Source: Geosiphon pyriformis uo1
Lineage: Eukaryota; Fungi; Glomeromycota
Direction: 5' to 3'
DNA: 64,000 nt
Assembly: GCA_016748015.1 (NCBI GenBank)
Contig: JAAOMT010000590.1
Span: 248,001 to 312,000 of the forward strand
The position numbers and the translations under genes were made by a program. This document shows, one piece after another, positions 54,401 to 64,000 of the stretch (positions are counted from its first letter, which is position 1; the number at the start of each line of letters is the position of its first letter). The notes beneath the pieces were generated by a model. The model was not told where the DNA came from. It saw nothing but the letters and a program-made list of their open reading frames with translations, and searched no databases.

Positions 54401-55158
54401 ATGGGATTGATTGTCTTATGAAAACTTGGTCAACTTTAAATAAAGCCAAAGCCAATGCTTTTACTAATCTGATTCTTTTAGATAATTGTCTTATATCTAT
54501 TCTCAAACATTTGTCATTGGTTCGTAAAAGTTATAAAAAGTCTAAAATGCATGAATTAAGATTGGCTGAGGAAGCATCTATTAGAAAGGTAATAGAAAAA
54601 CAAATAGAGAAGTTTTGTTCTGATAAAAGTGGCATAATTAAAAGTGTTCTAGACTGACCCTTTCATAAGGTGGTGCTAGATCATTTGGTGGTAGATGATA
54701 AGCTGGTTGTGGAGCTAATTAAAATTAAATCTAATATGGATAGAATTATGAAGAGTTGAACAAGAAAGTGAATGGTGCCTCCAGCTTTGCCCAATCTCTG
54801 GGCCTGCCAGTATATGTCTCTGAATTATGTAAAGAATAACACCTTTTCTGAAGTAATGCATCCTATTGGCTTGAGCAAATTGCTTTTGGTCATTGGTGGT
54901 TTACCTGATAGAAAGACTGCAGGCTTATCTGGCATCCCTAATGAACTGTGGAAGCATGGTAGTAATACAGTAGTAGGTTGCCTGTTGAGGCTGCTGAATG
55001 TGTGCTTGAATGTAGATAGTGTACTTGTTCTATAGAAGAGGGCATGGGTGTTAATTATTCCAAAACCCTATAACTGGAATGGAGTTCTTACAAACACTCA
55101 CCCTATTGCATTAATTGAAATCTCAAGAAAGATACTTTCTAAGGTTCTATCTGACCAT

Positions 55159-57922
55159 TGTTACTCATAGAATATAGGAAGTATATTAGCATATAAATTA
55201 GCCAATTAGAGGTAGACATAGTAAATGTGGAATTCCAGGATTCTTCTCAGAAAAATTGCAAGATTCCAGGAATTTCAGGATTCTCATATAAGGAATTGCA
55301 GGATTCTAGAATTCCAGAATTCCTCTCAAAGGAATTGCAGAATTCTAGGAATTCCAGGATTTCTGACATAAAGAATTAAGGAATTGAGAAATCTCAAATA
55401 CGTATATATAGTAGTAGTATTAGAAGTTAGAAAATTAGTCAATGAGACTCAGAGTTAATTAATTCGCAGAGTCAATTAGACTTATAGAATCAATTAGATT
55501 CACAAATCATAATTATTAAAAATACAAAAAAAACAAAAAAACAAACTCTTTTAGTTTAGACCTCTCAGTTTAGATTTAATCTACACAACATTCCAGTTCC
55601 CAATCATCAAATAAATAATTATTCCATATCTCAACCCACTTTCTACTATCAACACTTCATGTTAATAGTAATTGATACTTAACCACGCTGGAACAATAGC
55701 TCTTGATCATGGCTATTGACAAGATACTAACGTACCAAATTGCCTTGGCTTATTTTCTCTATTTTNNNNNNNNNNNNNNNNNNNNNNNNNNNNNNNNNNN
55801 NNNNNNNNNNNNNNNNNNNNNNNNNNNNNNNNNNNNNNNNNNNNNNNNNNNNNNNNNNNNNNNNNNNNNNNNNNNNNNNNNNNNNNNNNNNNNNNNNNNN
55901 NNNNNNNNNNNNNNNNNNNNNNNNNNNNNNNNNNNNNNNNNNNNNNNNNNNNNNNNNNNNNNNNNNNNNNNNNNNNNNNNNNNNNNNNNNNNNNNNNNNN
56001 NNNNNNNNNNNNNNNNNNNNNNNNNNNNNNNNNNNNNNNNNNNNNNNNNNNNNNNNNNNNNNNNNNNNNNNNNNNNNNNNNNNNNNNNNNNNNNNNNNNN
56101 NNNNNNNNNNNNNNNNNNNNNNNNNNNNNNNNNNNNNNNNNNNNNNNNNNNNNNNNNNNNNNNNNNNNNNNNNNNNNNNNNNNNNNNNNNNNNNNNNNNN
56201 NNNNNNNNNNNNNNNNNNNNNNNNNNNNNNNNNNNNNNNNNNNNNNNNNNNNNNNNNNNNNNNNNNNNNNNNNNNNNNNNNNNNNNNNNNNNNNNNNNNN
56301 NNNNNNNNNNNNNNNNNNNNNNNNNNNNNNNNNNNNNNNNNNNNNNNNNNNNNNNNNNNNNNNNNNNNNNNNNNNNNNNNNNNNNNNNNNNNNNNNNNNN
56401 NNNNNNNNNNNNNNNNNNNNNNNNNNNNNNNNNNNNNNNNNNNNNNNNNNNNNNNNNNNNNNNNNNNNNNNNNNNNNNNNNNNNNNNNNNNNNNNNNNNN
56501 NNNNNNNNNNNNNNNNNNNNNNNNNNNNNNNNNNNNNNNNNNNNNNNNNNNNNNNNNNNNNNNNNNNNNNNNNNNNNNNNNNNNNNNNNNNNCTAATTAA
56601 AACTCTGCTGATGATGACAATGACGATTCAAACTCCACCGACAATAACAACAATAATTCAAACTCCGCTTCAAATCTTAAACAATATATTACACTTCTAG
56701 ATCTTACAATGGAGCAGAAATTAATTCAATTCAGTGATAATAATAAGGACATTATGTCTGAACATGCACATAATACAGATGCAAGATTTGAACATGGATA
56801 TTCTGGACAGACTACTATAGTTAAAAACTCCAGTCATGTATAAAATTAGATTTACAAATAGCAATAGAAATTACAGCAACAACATTGATACAAAAGAGAG
56901 ATTTAGTAGATTTCGCAGAAGCTCAATATTAAAGGAGGGAATAATGTTACTCATAGAATATAGGAAGTATATTAGCATATAAATTAGCCAATTAGAAGTA
57001 GACGTAGTAAATGTGGAATTCCAGGATTCCTCTCAGAGAAATTGCAGGATTCCAGAAATTTCAGAATTCTTGTATGAAAAATTGCAAGATTCCAGAATTC
57101 CAGAATTCCTCTCAAAGGAATTGCAGAATTCCAGGAATTCCAGGATTCTTGACATGAAGAATTGAGGAATCTCAAATATATATATATAGCAGTAGTATCA
57201 GAAGTTAGAAAATTAGTCAATGAGACTCAGAGTTAATTGATTCGCAGAGTTAATTAGACTCATAGAATCAATTAGACTTGCAAATCATAATTATTAAAAA
57301 TACAAAAAAAACAAAAAAACAAACTCTTTTAGTTTAGACCTCTCAGTTTAGATTTAATCTACACAACATTCCAGTTCCCAATTATTAAATAAATAATTAT
57401 TCCATATCTCAACCCACTTTCTACTATCAACACTTCATGTTGATAGTAATTGATACTTAACCACACTAGAACAATAGCTCTTAATTATGGCTATTGACAA
57501 GATACTAATGTACCAAATTGCCTTGGCTTATTTTCTCTATTTTCTTTATTTTATTTTCTTTCTTTTTGATTTTGTTATTGTATATTAATTGATTAAAAGA
57601 TTAAGCACTGAGTTATTGACATCAAGAATAGCCTGGTAAAAAACCCAGAAATAAGGATAGAATTTTATATATTATCGGATAGCTTACCAGAAGAGCACAA
57701 CTGTTAGACTAAATCCAGCCACCATGCTAAGAAAAAAATTGGGAAAACTCTTGGAAAGATACATCTACTATCAACACTATTGAATCTCTGTTCATTATAC
57801 AAAGGACTCCATCAAAACTTTCAGATACAACACTTGCAGAACTTTATCCATGGAAGTAGCTTTTGAGCACCAAGTTATAAGTTTGTTATTTAATTCAACA
57901 GCAGAAATAATCATCTGTAACA
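55159..57922 (+). mobile_element. Internally deleted Ty3/gypsy element G3 (G1-related): two LTRs, dUTPase remnant, PPT; 4-bp TSD CCAT
   Basis: LTR starts TGTTACTCATAG at 55159 and 56945; 3' LTR ends TGTAACA at 57922. CCAT at 55155-55158 and 57923-57926. Internal 56593-56944 is the dUTPase 5' part joined to the family's 3' end. Contains an N-gap at 55766-56592. Confidence 0.9.
56945..57922 (+). repeat. Complete 3' LTR of G3 (978 bp) with a U3 array of GGAATTCCAG/GAATTGCAG units
   Basis: Direct repeat of 55159-55765, TG..CA termini, preceded by the PPT. Confidence 0.92.
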
Positions 57923-60900
57923 CCATATTTTGTTTGTCTACAGTAAATTTGACATCCTCCAAGGTGATAATTTTTCAGTACTGAGGAGCACTTCTACACA
58001 ATCTCCAGTGTTTGCTGTTGAATCTGTTATTGAAGATGCTCTCAAGAAAAATAGAGAAATTTGGTTGGTTTTACAAGATATGTGAAAAACTTATGATTTT
58101 GTTGGTTGGTACCATCTGAAAACTAGCTTGCTATAAATCAAGATGTGTAACAGATTTATAAAATTTTTTGGCAGCATACATAAGGATAGAATCAATAGGA
58201 TTATGACTGATTTTGGTCTGTCTGATGGCTATAGGGTGTATAATGGATTGAATCAGAGTGAAGTTTTTTTATCTCTTCTCTAGAGAATATTTTATAATCA
58301 ACTTTTGTGTAAAATTAAGAGACATGAACATTTGTGTGAATACTGGATTGATACTAAGTTTGTTTTAAGGTCAGGAAGAATTGAGAATAGTAGTGAGATG
58401 ACATCTCATTTTGCAGCTGGTGTGTTTGTTGATAACACAATTTGGGTCGAGAACTGCCAGACTTTGGCTTAGTATGCTTTGAACATTGTCAGTAAATTTT
58501 TTGATATTAATGATATTTCTATCAACAATGATAAAACAGTTGCTATTCCTATTAATCAAGATGTTAAGGTTGCTTCTTTGAGTATTTGTGGTCAGCCAAT
58601 TTTGATTGCCAAAAAGGGCAAAGCATATCATTATCTAGGTATTTTTTTGTCTATTGAGGGGCTGTTCAAGCTGAGTGTTGCCAAAACTTATTCTGATGTT
58701 CGTTTCTTTGTTAATGTTGTGCTAAAGAAGACTATTACTGATAAGCAGTTCTCATATTTAGTGTTGGCTGTCTCACAGTCTATCATTAACTATCAGACTC
58801 AGTTCAGTTTTGTTTCATCAAATGTTTATTGCAAGTGGAATGTCATGATCAAGAAGGGTCTTAAACTTAAAACTTGTCTTCCCCATGACTTTTCTGATGT
58901 AGCTTTACATTACTTTTTGTTGTATGGTCTAAAAACCTTTGAGCAGGTTCAGTCTGAGAGTAAATTGGCTGCTGTGGTATTTTTTTTTAATGCTTTGAAC
59001 ATTCTAGGGCATTTGTTCAACCATAGATTTTTGGATTTGCAGATTATAAACTGGGCTTTTATGAATCTTTTACAGTTTCCTGTTAGGTTATATGTTAGTC
59101 CTGTAAACAATTTTTTGGCTGGTGTGGTGAAAGTTTTTTTGCACAATAAGCTGTTTTTAACAAATAATCTGCCTAATGCCTTTTGTAGTCTTGGTGTTTT
59201 TTCTATGTCACTGGTATTAGAAGACACTCTTTACTTCAGTTTGGTGCATTCTTTGAAGTGTTTTAGTGTTGTGTTTGGTGATAAGCTGCTGGATAAAAAA
59301 GGGCATGTGATGAATTAGAAAACTTTTTGGCAGTGGAAAAGGCTTGATCTGAGGGAACCTGTCCCTTCCTGGTTTAGACAAACATCTCAATTTTTACATG
59401 GTGGTAGCACTCTGTTATTGGATATTACAAAAACTGGCCAGCTTTATGGTTTAAACATTTTGGATTCTCAGAAATTTTCTGTTGTACAGAGTAGCTTGCA
59501 TGAGATTTGATCTAGTTTATTTGACATTTTTACGAATGGTTTATTGAAAAATCTTGGCTCAACTGATGTTGCCAGTGGTGTAGCTGTGTACTTTCCTGTT
59601 GTGAATCTTAGTCTTGAAGTTGGAGTTCAGAGTTTGTTGTCCTCTACTTTGGCCGAGTTGTAGACTGTTGCTTTGGCATTAAAGAGCATACCATCTTCTT
59701 GTACACTAGCATTGTATACTGACAGTCAAGCTGCTATTGATGCTTGTATGTCTGAGATGTCTTCTGCTGTGCCTGACTTCCATGCTCCATGTTGGGTAAA
59801 AAAGTGTCACATTTTTAATTTGATCTATAAGAAAAATATTAATGTAAAATGGATAAAGGTTAGAGATTATTCTGGAATTTGTGGCAATAAAAAGGCTAAT
59901 GCTACAGCTGGTGATATTATGTGCTCTCAGTTTTTTTTGTCAGTAGGAGTGCAGGAATATTTCTTGGTAGCTGAGAATAAGGTTGTGTCTGACAATGCCT
60001 AGCACTTTGTTTGAAATTTGTACAGATCTGTTTGTTGTGCTCATTGAAAAGCTGGACCTGGTTGCAATGTTATTCCAAATATATTGATTGGAAGTGTTGA
60101 CTGGGGAGCCACCTCAAGGATATAGTACCCTGACTTGCATATGTTTGCTGGGTCTATTAGTCAGAAGTCTTCTGTTTTATGTTCATATTTGATAAAAGCT
60201 ATACACCGATGACTTTCAGTAGCAGTTAGGAAAAAATTGTATAATAAAAGTTATTCTGGTGTGCTGTGTTTGCTGTGTGGAGAAATGGAGCTGTCTGATC
60301 ATGCTTTTTTGTGCACTTTAAATGTTGGTGTTTGAGAGAAAATTTTGGCTGAGACTTCTGCTTTATGGGTCTCTTTAGTAAATGTTAGTGCTTTGTTTTT
60401 TTCTTTTGCAGTTTTGCAGTTCTTTGGTCTTTGCTCTTTAGATATTGGTCTATACTCAGTTGTATATAAGGAGTTTGTTATAGAGGATTGGTGTACAGAA
60501 GCTGTTGAGATTTTTAATAATAGGAAAGAGGCTGTGAGTGTTGTTGTTGATTATGTGAGGCATTTTGTTGAGTTACATTGTTTTAGGATCTGGCTGGTGA
60601 GAACTAAACATAGAGTGAACATAAAAAGAGCTGGCTTGGTCGGAGATGGTGGGTTGGTGTCAGATTTGGTGCATTGTGTGGTGCAGGTGTTGTCGAATAG
60701 TATAGTTAGAATGTTTGGTATAGCCAATTCTCTTGCTGTTAGTTTTGACCATTGTAAGTCTTGTCTTTTCTTTTATAGGCTAGATTGTGATCCATGTGTT
60801 ATTATAAATGTGTAGTGTTGCCTTGTCTGGCCCAAGTGGTTAGTCACATATAGTAAAATGCATGAACTGCATTTAGTTTGAGCCTTTTAGTATGGCTCTA

Positions 60901-61044
60901 TGTACTAAATAATAGTTGGGCTTCACTCATTAAATGCATTTAATAAAATAAAATAAAAATTTGTATATTTAAAAATATAATCTTATTTTTATATTTTTTT
61001 ATATTTTATATAATTTAATCAATTTTTAATATTACTATTTAACA

Positions 61045-61295
61045 ACAAAAAAACTTATTTCTTTCCTATATCTAAAAATTTTCCAAAAAGCATATTTTTT
61101 AAAAAAAGTTTTTTGTTTTTCTGTTTTATATTTCACAATTTCACAAGAAACAAACTCTTTTGTTGTCAAGTTGGCTGCCATCATAAATGGTTTACAGCTA
61201 AGAGGACACCAGCCAGGGTTTTAGTTTTGGATTTAGTTAGTGGGAGCTTGGTTCAGAAGCAGAAAGCTTTTTTTGGCAAAGTACTGTATAAGTGA
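61045..61295 (+). mobile_element. 5' end fragment of another LINE (5' UTR and start of ORF1)
   Basis: Matches the 5' UTR and ORF1 start of L-C (AKRTPARVLVLDLVSGSLVQKQK vs AKRKSARVLAFGLVNRSLSQK). Confidence 0.7.
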
Positions 61296-62384
61296 GACAT
61301 GGTTCTTCATTCTATTTTCCGTGTTTTTCTGGATAACCATATTTTTCTTTATTACAATAGTTATAATAGTAATGGGTGGAGTTTCTTGGGTTTTTGTCTA
61401 GTGCATTGCATGCAGTTATGAATGAGAGTTTTTTATTGCAAACTAAATATTCTAGCTTTAATCTGTGTTGCTGGTGGTTTCTTTGTGGATTTATCTGATT
61501 TCATTCAAGTCTTCTTTCACTTGTCCAAGTTGGTACAGCCAGTAGTTCTGTTCTTTAGTCATTAGTCCATGAGAGCTGATAAGTTTTGATGGCTGGTAGG
61601 GCTGAATTTTTTTTGAATTCAAAGATGGGTTTTTGGTTGATGCTGGGTTTTTGGAAGTGGTTACATGTAGCTAAAATTTTGGTATAGTGGCCATTATAGC
61701 TAATAAGAAGCCCTTGAGTAGTCCAGTATAGTATAATGTTGGCTTTTGTTAACCAGTCATTCCTTACTAATGTTTGATATTGTGTAGCATCCATTATTAA
61801 TACTTTTGTAGGTATTATTATGCCATTAATTTCAAAAAGAAATGAGTTGATTTCACCATAAGACAGCTTGGTACTTTTATTGGCTGTTATAATTTGGGAC
61901 ATCACAGCATGATCAACTTTGAAACCCAGTTGGTTTACTAGTTAAAGTGTAATGATGCTTCCAGCAGATCTGTGATATAAGATAAGTTTAATTGAGATGT
62001 TGTTTACAATTGCTTTTGTATACATAGCAGGAATTGGGCATTTTTTGTCCAATGTTGCTTCACTAAACATAGCTTTGTTTTCCTTTAATTCAAAAGAAAA
62101 AATGGCTGCAAGGCTGCTATCTTCAGTGGTGACTGCTGGTAGTATAGTTTGGCTTAAATTTTGATTTTTGGGCAAATTTTTAATTCTGATTGTGTTTCTA
62201 TCATTATTGTTTTTAATGTTCAAATTTTTCAGTATATTAAGGTAAGTTTGCTAATAATTTTGGTAGTTTGGATTCTCTGAACCAATGCATTTTGATTCCA
62301 CATGAACAGATTTTGAGGCTCAAGATGCTAATTTGGGTTGACTATCATGGGCTGTTGCTGATAAGTTCCTTGATTTTGGTACGT
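61296..62384 (-). mobile_element. Ty3/gypsy internal fragment (post-Gag linker, aspartic protease, start of Cys-rich insert)
   Basis: ORFs 61942-62223 and 61555-61905: SLAAIFSFEL...KLILYHRSAGSIIT...MDATQYQTLVRNDWL, homologous to the G1/G2 protease region. Confidence 0.85.
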
Positions 62385-64000
62385 TGTTACAGTTTAAGAA
62401 TTTAGCAAAAAGAATCATAAAAATAATACAAACTATTCAATCATAATATAGCACAGTAATAATCTTAGAAAGGTAATGATTAACATAGTAGCAAACACCA
62501 TCTCGCGATAGTGGCAAGCACCAGTTCACAATAGCAGCCAACACCAACTGGTGATAGCAGCAAGCACCAGGTTGAAATATNNNNNNNNNNNNNNNNNNNN
62601 NNNNNNNNNNNNNNNNNNNNNNNNNNNNNNNNNNNNNNNNNNNNNNNNNNNNNNNNNNNNNNNNNNNNNNNNNNNNNNNNNNNNNNNNNNNNNNNNNNNN
62701 NNNNNNNNNNNNNNNNNNNNNNNNNNNNNNNNNNNNNNNNNNNNNNNNNNGGGGTTTGAAAACCGTGAAGAGGAGTCTGAATCAGAATCCGAAAAAGAGA
62801 CCAGCGAAAAAACAATCACAAGACCAGTCACTGGAACAAGCAGCCAGTCCAGAAACCAAGAAACTCGTGATCAAGAGAAAGAACCGGATATAAGAGAAGC
62901 CACCTTTAGGAACGCTCAAGAAAATATCATCCCACCTCCTCTTAGATCAATAAACCCACCAGCAGAAAATGGCAACGAAATGACCACACCATACATTGCA
63001 AGACTAACAGATTTCTCAGGAGAGGAAGAAGAAACGGACGTGCACACATGGCTCAGAGAAGCACAAAAAACCATCCAGGCAAATAACTGAAACAACCAAA
63101 GAGCAATTCAAATATTACCTTTCTTCCTGAAAGGCACAGCCAACTCGTGGTATCAAAGCCTGGAAACAAAACTCACGAGCTTCGCCGAATTTAAAAATGC
63201 ACTCCTGGAGTATTTTAGCGACCCAAACGCCGTAATCCAACTACAGAACGAATTCAATACTATCAAGCAAAATACCGGTGAAACTGTCACCCAATACTTT
63301 GCTCGATTCAATCGAATTCGCCGTCAGATTGAAGCGATTGAACAAGGATACTACACTGATCCTCAGGTTTTAAATCAGTTTATTAGAGGATTAAAAAGCA
63401 GCATTTTAGGAAGAGNNNNNNNNNNNNNNNNNNNNAAAAAGGAAATAATAATTAGCAATAATTCATTGCTAAAAAGGAAAAGACAAAAGTGGCGACAAAA
63501 ACCCTTAATCTTACTGTTCTTGAATTCTGCCGTGCTATTTACACACAAAATCAAAGTGATCTTGGATTACCAGAAGGGTGTTGTCTAGCAGAATCTGCTC
63601 TCACTTATTATATCAACACCAGAATAAATTATCATATAGGAAAGGAAGAAGAACCACATGACACAAAACTTGGATTGTATAGAGAATTATCACAATACAC
63701 TACAAAAGAAGTAGCAGTAATAGCCGCAACTATTGTCAAAATCCATCAAGAAATTGAGCAATATGCCAACGAAAATTTTCCAATATCCACAGGAAACACT
63801 AGGGAACGCGCCAACAAAACCAAAGAAAATTTAGAAACTAATCAGGAAAGTAACCAGCAAAAACTAGGAACACCAGCTCAAACGCCAAAGAAAACTGTCA
63901 CTCAATCAATAAAGAAACAACGTATTTATTCACCAGAAGATAAATCATACCATTTTTCACCAGAAAATAAGATACAAATTCCATTAGGAGCTGCATCATC
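62385..64000 (+). mobile_element. Young Ty3/gypsy element G4 (LTR start, Gag capsid domain, Gag N-terminal region), fragmented by gaps
   Basis: acgt|TGTTACAG junction at 62385. 62751-63415 encodes a retrotransposon Gag domain (DFSGEEEETDVHTWLREA...FLKGTANSWY...IKQNTGETVTQY...NQFIRGL) with one TGG>TGA stop. 63436-64000 is homologous to the G1 Gag N-terminus (AESALTYYIN vs TESAFNCYVN). Retains many CpGs. Confidence 0.82.

Larger units (their letters stand above)
51250..60960 (+). mobile_element. Full-length, moderately degenerate LINE L-E (ORF1 ~51.4-53.36 kb; ORF2 53354-60815 with EN, RT, RNase H), interrupted by LTR element G3
   Basis: ORFs 51624-53357 (ORF1), 53695-55035 and 58479-60815 (ORF2; GGDFNE, TDHKTV, YHYLGIF, YTDSQAA). 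CAATGA overlap at 53352-53357. 3' UTR and A-rich tail at 60820-60960. Confidence 0.92.

Noticed and set aside
55225-55395. Short repeated palindromic units resembling a CRISPR array
   Set aside because: Units are 9-10 bp with no unique spacers, lie inside an LTR in eukaryotic DNA, and there are no cas genes.
55703-56600. Long ORFs of 297 and 286 aa in the ORF track
   Set aside because: They consist almost entirely of Ns; the X-rich ORFs at 62480-62831 likewise span a gap.
56920-56944. Idea that the G3 PPT was a cryptic one derived from the dUTPase NIKGGII codons
   Set aside because: The same sequence context (gctcaatattaaag..gg..taa-LTR) is at the true 3' end of G1 (58-82), so it is the authentic family PPT.
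60826-60845. tRNA A-box/D-arm-like motif (TGGCCCAAGTGGTTAG) in the LINE 3' UTR
   Set aside because: No B-box or cloverleaf is visible downstream, so it is not supportable as a tRNA or SINE head.
63088-63090. In-frame TGA at a Trp position suggesting a UGA=Trp code (Mollicutes endosymbiont or mitochondrial origin)
   Set aside because: Trp codons across the TEs also appear as TAG and TAA, and the host genes use TGA as stop; G>A hypermutation explains it.

Overview
Eukaryotic, intron-rich fungal DNA. The genes and repeat families resemble Glomeromycotina (Geosiphon/Ambispora-like); this is an inference from family resemblance. A compact 4-gene island (~23.2-33.8 kb) holds a MESH1/HDDC3-type HD hydrolase (+), vigilin/SCP160 (-), BUD13/CWC26 (-) and GPN2 (+). 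It is bracketed by near-pure AT tracts and embedded in nested retrotransposons. These include dUTPase-carrying Ty3/gypsy elements (~0.95-kb TGTTA..TAACA LTRs, 4-bp TSDs, an extra 3' ORF), several RNase H-bearing LINEs (one near-intact with an 11-bp TSD), an ORF1-only (HAL1-like) LINE derivative and solo LTRs. Main observations: (i) repeats decay almost only by C>T/G>A transitions in CpA, CpG and CpC contexts (RIP-like); (ii) all five readable LTR-element target sites are N-CG-N or a deamination product of it; (iii) a reconstructable 3'-UTR hairpin is shared by the LINEs and the ORF1-only element; (iv) LINE ORF1 and ORF2 are coupled through an ATGA overlap. Four N-gaps are present, plus one 970-bp duplication that is probably an assembly artefact.
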